64,000 bases of DNA from Callorhinchus milii (taxonomy: Eukaryota), in NCBI RefSeq assembly GCF_018977255.1, contig NW_024704742.1:123630001-123694000 (forward strand). The letters are read 5' to 3'. The notes under the pieces were generated by a model. That model had not been told where the DNA came from, made no database searches, and saw only the letters and a program-made list of their open reading frames with translations. Each line of letters opens with the position of its first letter. Positions within the stretch are counted from its first letter, which is position 1. Both the position numbers and the translations under genes were made by a program. Positions 53,001 to 62,000 of the stretch are shown here, one piece after another.

Positions 53001-56000
53001 TAACTAGATGTTGACAAGGCTAAAGTAAAACTCAATCAGATAAAATTTTAATTCTAAAACACAATTTAAATTTTGTATGTCTACTCTATATACTCTATTA
53101 AATCCATGACTTTTTTTAAAATAGATTTGCAAAGATATTCCAATGTATTTCCCTGCATGAACCCAAAGCAGTAACTTGCTAGTTCCATGAACATTATTGT
53201 TCCAAAAAAAAAAATCAACTATACCTTCAGCAGTCCTTCAGAGAAAAGAATCTCAATGGTTTCCTTCAAAATAGGAAGTAATCCTCCATGGTGGATTCCA
53301 ACTCCTCTTTTTAAAAGGGGCAATACATGCTCAACCTGTTACAAGAAAATAAGGTTCAACAATATTAAAACTGTATTAAATGACCATTGACTTGAATTTA
53401 TACAACATTCTCCCAAAAAACTGTTAACTGGAGCACAGGGCACAGTCCTGCAGCCAAATCAGCCATTCTTCATACAACTGACAATGAGCAATTAGCAGAT
53501 TATTTGATTGTAACAGATATCAGATAAACTTGATGCTGCTCTGAAGGTGGAGTTGCTGAATACCACATAGGAATGAAAATCTAGGCCCCTCTCTGGCACT
53601 GGGATTCTAGTGTTAACTCATTGTCCCTTGCTGCGATTCTACTATCAGCAGTCGGGCCTTCAGCCTTTCTGCCTTCAACCTCTGGAACTCCATCCTGGAG
53701 CCCCTCCACTTGCCCCCTCACTTGCCTCCTTCAAGGCATGTTTCAAGACCTTCCGTTTTGACCATGCTTTCGGTCATCTTCCCTCCTCCAACCCCTGCCC
53801 TGCCACCCCTCTCTGATCCTACCCACAGACCTGCTCAGCCTCTTGGGACATCTTCCCAACGTGAAAGGTGTGATATAAATGCAATCTGTTGTTGTTGTAT
53901 CCTGTTAAACACTTTGAGGAGTCCTCCCTACGTGAGAGGCACTATATCAAATGGAGGCATGGCTTATAAATATGACACTACATTTATACTGCAACACCAA
54001 AGACTATACCAAGATTCCTCAGGAATCAATGATTTGTCGAGTATCCTATTAAGATGTATGTTTTAATGTGACACTAATTCTCATCAACCTAGTTACTATA
54101 ACAAATCAAGAGATCTCCAGTCAGCCTGGTTGATGTACACTGGTAACCTAGTCTGCTCCACCAGATGAAAAAGGCATTCAGAGCACCACAGGTTTCTTTG
54201 GCTCAAAGCTTCAACTTAATACTAGATTTATTGGAGGAACACTCACCTGAGGAAGCTTTTTATCTTCATCGGACAAGCAGTCAATAGCATTATTGAATAC
54301 CTCCTCCACCAGCTTTTTTTCATCATCTGTGATGGGAGAGAGAAGGGGAGAGAAAATGTGTTGAATGCTGAACAATAAAATCTGATCATTATAACTCTGC
54401 ATCGTACAAATGCTTTGTTAAAATTGGCTGACAAGAGGTTTATTTCAGCTTGCAGTCAGTACTGTAAAGTGTAGTGACTGTGATTTTGTAGGCAAACCAA
54501 TGTGCATACAGCAGGGTCCCACAAACAACCATGAAAATCACCTGAAAAGGCAGATAGGATTTTGGTTTAACATCTCATCCGAAGGATGGCACCTCCAACA
54601 ATGCACCATACCCCAAGCATTGCATTTGGGGTTATCAGCCCAGTGTCAGATGTGAGAATGCTTCCACTGAGTCAGACAGACATACAAATAGTCAAACCAT
54701 TGACCAAAAAANCAGGACTTTTCTTTTGTGGAAAACAACAGACACAGGTTTCCTTCTAAAGCCACAGAGGTCTCTTTCTCTGATTCTGTGCAATGCAAAC
54801 ATGTTTCTAAAGTCTACTGGATAGCTGGTGCTTAAAATGGATAAATAGAAGCAAGCTTGCCAATATGTGCTTTAGCTGATTGAACTCCAACAGTAAGTAT
54901 CTGAACTCTCTTTTTCTCTCGTTCACACACTTGCCAAACTGTGCCTAATATTTCCAGTGACTAATAATACAGTGGGTTCTCTCCCTCTGGGGAGAGAATA
55001 CACATTCCATTCTGGGCAAACAGAAATTTCCATGCGTGTGTGATTTCTCAGTAGTTTAATTTGGATATTCTGAAGCATTTGATGGATTGCTGTGTTTGTC
55101 AGACACTTGGCTGTCCCACAAAAAAAAATTACAGTAAAAATCTTTGCACTGATACACTCATATTGTCAAAGCATTTTAAAGAACTCAGTGACATGTTCGA
55201 CTCCCAGCTGTCCTTTAAACCTCACATATGTGTTGTGACTCAGCTTTCTCCCACCCTGAAACATTGTCTGCTTCCACAACTACTATCCAAACATTGATCA
55301 TGTCGAGGCTTGATTACACCAACCGTTTGCTTGCTGGACTACCCAAACTCTTCTCTTTACAAGTGGAGGTAGGGAAGATGGGTGTTATAGGCTCACAGAC
55401 CTTAGTCTGGGAAAGGACACAAGTTGCAGACTGGACTACTCAGAACTCGGCAGTTCTCGTCCTTTCTCACGATAAGCTCCATGAGCTCCACTGACTCCCC
55501 AACCCCCAAAGAAATCCAGTTCAAGATGCTAGTCCTAACCTTTCAATCCTTCCATGGTCTTGCAACCTCCTCAAATCCGACTAACGCCGGTATCGCCTCC
55601 ACTCAGTGGGGACCAGACTGCTTCACATCCCCTGCCATACCAGCCCCACTATTGGTGGTCTAGCTTTTAGCCTATCTCAAGACCCTCCTCTTCGACCGCA
55701 CCTTCAGTCACCCTCCAACCCCTACCCTCCCAGCCCTCAACCCCTCCTGATCCAAACCCACAGCCCAGGTCCAAATCCCTGACTGTCCAGCACCTTGGGA
55801 CATCCTCCAGACATTCCAAGGCACTATATAAATGTAAGTTGTTGTTGTTATCTGCCTTCACTCTCTGGAAGTCCATTCTGGACTTCCCATGACCCTCCCT
55901 ACAAGTCCTTCCTCTTTGACCACATCTTTGGTCACATTTTCCCCCTCAGCCCCCCCCCCCCCCACCCAGGTGAAAAGCCTGGATTGGGCAGCGCCTTGGG

Positions 56001-59000
56001 ACATCCTCCCAATGTGAAGGGTGCTATAATATTGTTGTTGCTGTTGATGTCAAATTATAAAGGGATTGTACGGGAAAGATTTTTTGGAAGAATATACATA
56101 GATTTAAATAGAATAAACATGGAAACAGGCTTTTCAGCTCAACCAGTCCATGCTGATGTCTATACTCCACAAGTCTCTACCCACATCTTTCTACTCCCTT
56201 CTCCTTCATGCATATATCTAGCTTCTTCTTAAATGCCTTGATTCTTTATCATCTGTTTCAACCACACTTCGGACAGCAAGTTCCAAACATGACATGGATA
56301 AAACAGCACAATTATTCTGTTTCATTGTTCTCTTAAAAGTCTAAAGATGTCTTAATAATCCACAGAGGAAATTTATACGGTTAGCAATAGAAAAAGTCAT
56401 AATCATTAAACACTAATTTTCTAGAGTAATTTTTTTCCAATTTGTCATTGATACCAGGTCATGATGATTTTGAATGCAAATTTAATGATGTATTTAATTT
56501 TGTGGTGGTTAAGAAAACCGTGAAATTTTATATTTTTTGTTCCAAAATGCTGTGCCAGATATAAATTACCTTGTAAAACAATTAATGTCATAAGTGACCT
56601 TTCCTAAAACTATATAACTACAAATATAACCTAAGCATTACAGCCTTAAAAATCCCTTAAAGTGGGAGCACTTTACCTTTTTTTGTGCTTAGTCGGGTGT
56701 CCGACACATGTAGAAACTGAAGCGGTGGTTGAAACATAGTATAGATGCATGCTTAAGAGCATCTAAATCAGAGAGATAGAAATCAGTGAGAAGAATTTTT
56801 TTCACGCAGCAAGTTGTTCGAATCTGGAATGCATTGCCTGAAAGGGTGGTCGAGGCTGATTCGATAACTACTTTTGCAAACGCGATGGACGGGTATTTGA
56901 GGAGTACGGGTTTGCAGGGTTATGGGGAAAGGACTGGGGAGTGGGATTGACATTAATTGCTCTAATCAAAGAGCCGGCACAAACTCGATGGGCCGAATAG
57001 CCTCTTTTTGTGCTGTACGATTCTATGATATGCCTGCCACTTAAACATGGAAATTACCCTGCCTTTTTTTTGGTCAGTCGGGTATCTGACACATGCAGAA
57101 ACCCATCACCATCTTCCTGGATTAGAATAAGATCTCTCCCTAGAGGGAAGGGCTCTGATTACCTAATACAGAAGAGCAATAAGTACAGGTTGGTAAGAGC
57201 CGAGGATTGGGGACCAACTAATATAGTTGTAGTCTAACTAACTAACACCACCTAGCTTGCCATTGAGAACACGTCTGGCTAGCTTCTCTGCAATTAGGGC
57301 TTTGGCTTACTGGGTCGAGTGAGAAGTCCCTGCTCCCAGCAAGTCTTGCAAATAAGGCAGGCTGACTCGTCTACCATCATAGAATCATACAGCACAGAAG
57401 GAGGCCAGTCGCCCGATCATGTCTGTGCCGGCTCTTTGAAAAGAGTTATCCAATTCAATCCCACTCCCCCGCTCTCTCCCCAAAGCCTTGTAAACTTGTC
57501 CTCGCCAAATAATTATCTACTTGTCTCTTAAAAGTCGTTATCAAATCGGCTTCCACCATCCTTTCAGGCAATGCATTCCAGATTCAAACAACTCACTGTG
57601 TGAAAAAATTCCTCACCTCCCCTCTGTTTCTTTTAGCAACTATTTTAAATCGTTGCCATCGGGTTACCGACCCACCTGCCAGTGGAAAGTCACTCCTTTT
57701 TCACCATATCGACTAGGGAGAGAGCAGGTACTGTGAGCTTCCTGGTGAGTAGCACAGCTCAGCTACTATCATCCTGCCCAAAGCTTGAACACACTTCCCA
57801 ATGAGGGTTGGGAGGTGAGGAGCAAGAGCAGCAGCACACTAATCAAGATGGATATCAAATCCCGAATACAAGTGTGTTTACAAACCGAGGCTCCGGGTAT
57901 CGCTTTCCAGCAGCTGTCATCCCAAAACTAAGAATTTTCTCATCAGCCATTCTCCAACGACAACTTGCATTTATATAGCACCCTTAAATAGCACCCTTCA
58001 TCCTGGTAGATAGCTTAACAGTGGCGTAGCTTGACACCAATCCAGACGGACAAATGCCTTCAGTGTGGTGGAAAGACCACAATTTAAAAGTTATTTGTAC
58101 ATGATACATTAGTACATCAAATAAAAATAATACTTTGTCATTATTTAATTATTACTTCTGGATTATATCACATTTTGTTCCAACAGTTTTTAACCGTTAC
58201 AATGTCCTGCACTATGTCTTCTTCCTTCATATAAATCAAACAACAAAAAAACTCTCACCCTGGCGCTATCTTTAAGAAGGATAAATAGATTGAATGACAA
58301 TTAACAAGGACAATCTGCAGGCCAGGTTTAATATGAAAAACAAGTGAAACTAGTTCCTTCCATTCTTGAAGAAACATTTATGTGTTTAATTATGCCGTAT
58401 TTCAGCCTTCAAATCAACTGCAGATGCTCTTGGCAAAACTGTAGCAAAGTCCCAACTGTAGAAATACTATCTTCATTTTGCACAAGATGGTATCACAATG
58501 AATGCATTTTGTAGGGCATCTTTAGGCTTTTGAAATCTATTTCTTGTGAAAATGTACCTGCTTCCACAGTTCTACCTTAGCTTTTCAGTAACTAGGCTCA
58601 CTTCGCTTTACACACTTTCCTATTAATATCTTGACTCTGCTCAATGACAACTCACAACTTTCTGGGCAATAGTGGGAACTTTGTATGCAAAGCACAGCAA
58701 CATGAACAAACATCCGACCACCAACTGGTGTACTATGTACTGCCGGGAGGCTACTTGGATAGAGATTTTTATTGTTCCTAGAAACAATAAGAACTCTAAA
58801 TTGCAGTATCATGTGCTCCAAATCTTTGGGTGATTCTTTTTATAATACAATATAATTTAAAAGAGGTTTATGCAGGACTTAACATTAAACATATAGTTTC
58901 AACATTTTAAGATTAGAGGAAAATTCAAACACTGCAACTCAGTTTATTTATTCAATTCAAGCTGTTAAAACCTCAGGCGCTGTGACAGCATCACCATCCA

Positions 59001-62000
59001 AGGATGCACAGTCCACCTCACTGACCCTCAACACCCCCCCCCGCCCTCCACCATACCCGATCCCAAGCTCGGGTCCAAAACACTGATTGTCCAGGGCCTT
59101 GGGACGTCCTCCCGACGTGAAAGGCCCTATACAAATGTAATTTTGTTGTTGTTAACAGTAAATAGGAACCTGGTTGTTAGTCAATTGGCAGATCGCTCTT
59201 CTGGGGGTAGTAATCCATTCAAAATAATAATACTAATAATAATTTGGTCACTCAATCCACGACTGTTTGGGGGACACTGCTGTGCGCAATTGGGTGCCAC
59301 AGTTCGCCCACAAATATACAGTCAATTCACTTCACAGTATATTCTGTGAAGTGCTTTGAGACGTCTCAAAGATGTGATAAAGCACATGCAAGGATTATAT
59401 TTATTGTTATCTAAGCCTTCTCTCTTCTCTCCCTCAAAATATAATAGCTTCAGAAATTCACAGAACTCCAGGAAAGCAGACACAGTTTAGTCAGAAGATG
59501 GTTTCATAACAACGACAACAACAAAATGACATTTGTATAGCGCTTTTCATGTTGGGAGGGCGTCCCAAGGCGCTGGATGGACAGCGTTATGGACCCAAGC
59601 TGAGGGTCTGGGTGAGGTAGGGTGGAGGGCGGAGGGGAAGCAGGGAGATCGAAAGCATGGTCAAAGAGGAGGGTCTTGAGGTGGGTCTTGAAGGTGGCGA
59701 GGGAGGGGGCGAGACGTTGGGACTGCGGGATGGATAACCTCAATACTTCTCCAAAAAGTAAGACATAGCTTCAAGTCCCAGCTATCTTACTGACTGAACA
59801 GAATTATGATTTCAACAATGTCCCAAACTCCCAGTAGAAACCAAGAAACCAGTCGGAATCTGCCAGATTCAGGAAACTAAAAGTTGCTAAATCCAAGTTA
59901 CAATATTTAAGTTATTTAATTTATTTGGCATCTGGAATGATACTTTAATGTTTTTGAAAGAGGCACTGAAGAAGAAACCATAGAATCATAGAATTATACA
60001 GCACAGAAGGAGGTCATTTGGCCCATCGAGTCTGTGCTAGCTCTTTGAAAAGAGCTATACAATTCAATCCCACACCTCCGCTCTCTCCCTATAGCCTCGT
60101 GAACTTGTCCTTCCCAAATAATTATCTACTTCTCTCTTAAAAGTTGTTATCGAATTGGTTTCCACCACCCTTTCAGGCAATGAATTCCAGATCCGAACAA
60201 TTCGTTGTGTGAAAAAATTTCTCCTCACCTCCCCTCTGTTTCTTTTAACAACTATTTTAAATCAGTGTCCTCAAGTTAACAACCCACCCACCAGCGGAAA
60301 TAGTTTCTCCTTGTTCACCCTGTTAAATCCCCTCATAACTTTGAAAACTTCTATTAGTCTCCTCTTAATCTTCTCTGCTCCAAGGAGAATAATCCTCGCT
60401 TCTCTCGCCTCTCCTGATAACTGAAGTCCCTCATTCCTGGAACATCCTGGTAAATCTCCTTTGCACCCTCTCCAAAGCCTTGACATCCTTCCTAAAGTCT
60501 GGTGCCCAGAACTGAACACAGTACTTTAGCTGAGGCCTAACCAGTGTTTATAAAGGTTTATCATAACTTCTTGACTTTTGTATTCTATGCCCCTATTTAT
60601 AAAGCCCAGTATCCCATATACTTTTTTAACAGCTTTATCTACCTGTCCTGCCACCTTCAAAGATTTACTTATTTGAACCCTCAGGTCTCTCTGTTCCTTC
60701 ACCCCCTTTAAGATTGTACCATCATCTTATATCGCCTCTCTTCATTCTTCCTCCCAAAATGCATCACTTCGCATTTCTCCACATTAAACTTCATCTGCCA
60801 CGTGTCGGCCCATTTTACCAGTCTGTCTATGTCCATTTGCAGTTTGCTACTATCCTCCTCACTGTTTACTACTTTCCCTAGCTTAGCATCATCTGCAAAC
60901 TGGGAAACTGTACTCCCTATACCCAAGTCCAGGTCAGTTATATAGATCAAAAACAGCAGTGGTTCCAATACCGACCCCTGGGGGACACCACTGCACACTT
61001 CCCTCCAGTCAGAAAAACAACCGTTCACCACCACTCTTTGCTTTCTGTCTCCCAACCAGTTCTGTATCCATGGTGCCACTGACTGTTTAATACCATGGGA
61101 TTCTATTTTGCTTACAAGTCTCTTATGTGGCATTTTATCAAATGCCTTTTGAAACTCCATATAAACTACATCAACTGCACTAACTTCATCCACCCTCTCC
61201 GTTACTTCATCAAAAAACTCTTATCAGGTTTGTTAGACATGATCTGCCTTTAACAAATCTGTGTTGGTTGTCCTTTAATTGACCCATATTTTTCAAAGTG
61301 AAAATTTATTTTGTCCCGGATTATAGTCTCCAGAAGTTTCCCCACTACTGACTTTAGGCTGACTGACCTGTAGTTCCTGGGTTTACCCTTCTGCCCCTTT
61401 TTGTACAGGGGAGCAACATTTGCAACCATCCGGTCCTCTGACACCACCCCGGTGTCCAAGGAGGATTGAAAGATTGTGGCCAGAGTCTCCGTTATTTCCA
61501 CCCTTACTTCCCTCAGTAACCTAGGATGAATCCTGTCTGGACCGGGTGACTTATCTACCTTGAGCACCGACAGCCTTTTTAGTACCTCCTCTCGGACTTT
61601 TCTTATCTTATTCAATTTCTCAACTCTCTGCTCCGATACTGTAGCATTGCCTGTATCCTCTTCTTTTGTGAAGATAGATGCAAATGTTAGAAATGAACTT
61701 ATTGCTACCACTGACAGAAATTTATATTTTGGCATTAAAAATATGCTGCACAGTCTGACTGACTTGGCAGCATTTTAACACAGAGGTCTAAAGGAGCAAA
61801 GGGAGATTAGGCTAGCCTACATTATATTGTGCTCACAATAAAGATAACATTACCGTTCATTACCCAAACAATTAAATACTGGCAATTATGACAATGACTA
61901 ATCCTGGAGAAGAAAGTCTCAGTAAATACATGGAAAGGCTGTAAGTGTACAGCCATCACAGAAAACAATTTCCATTACCCCGAATGCCTGGACTGCTCTT

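Noticed and set aside
42395..54712. Single N bases at 42395 and 54712
   Set aside because: These are assembly ambiguity or contig joins rather than biology. Intron lengths across them may be unreliable.
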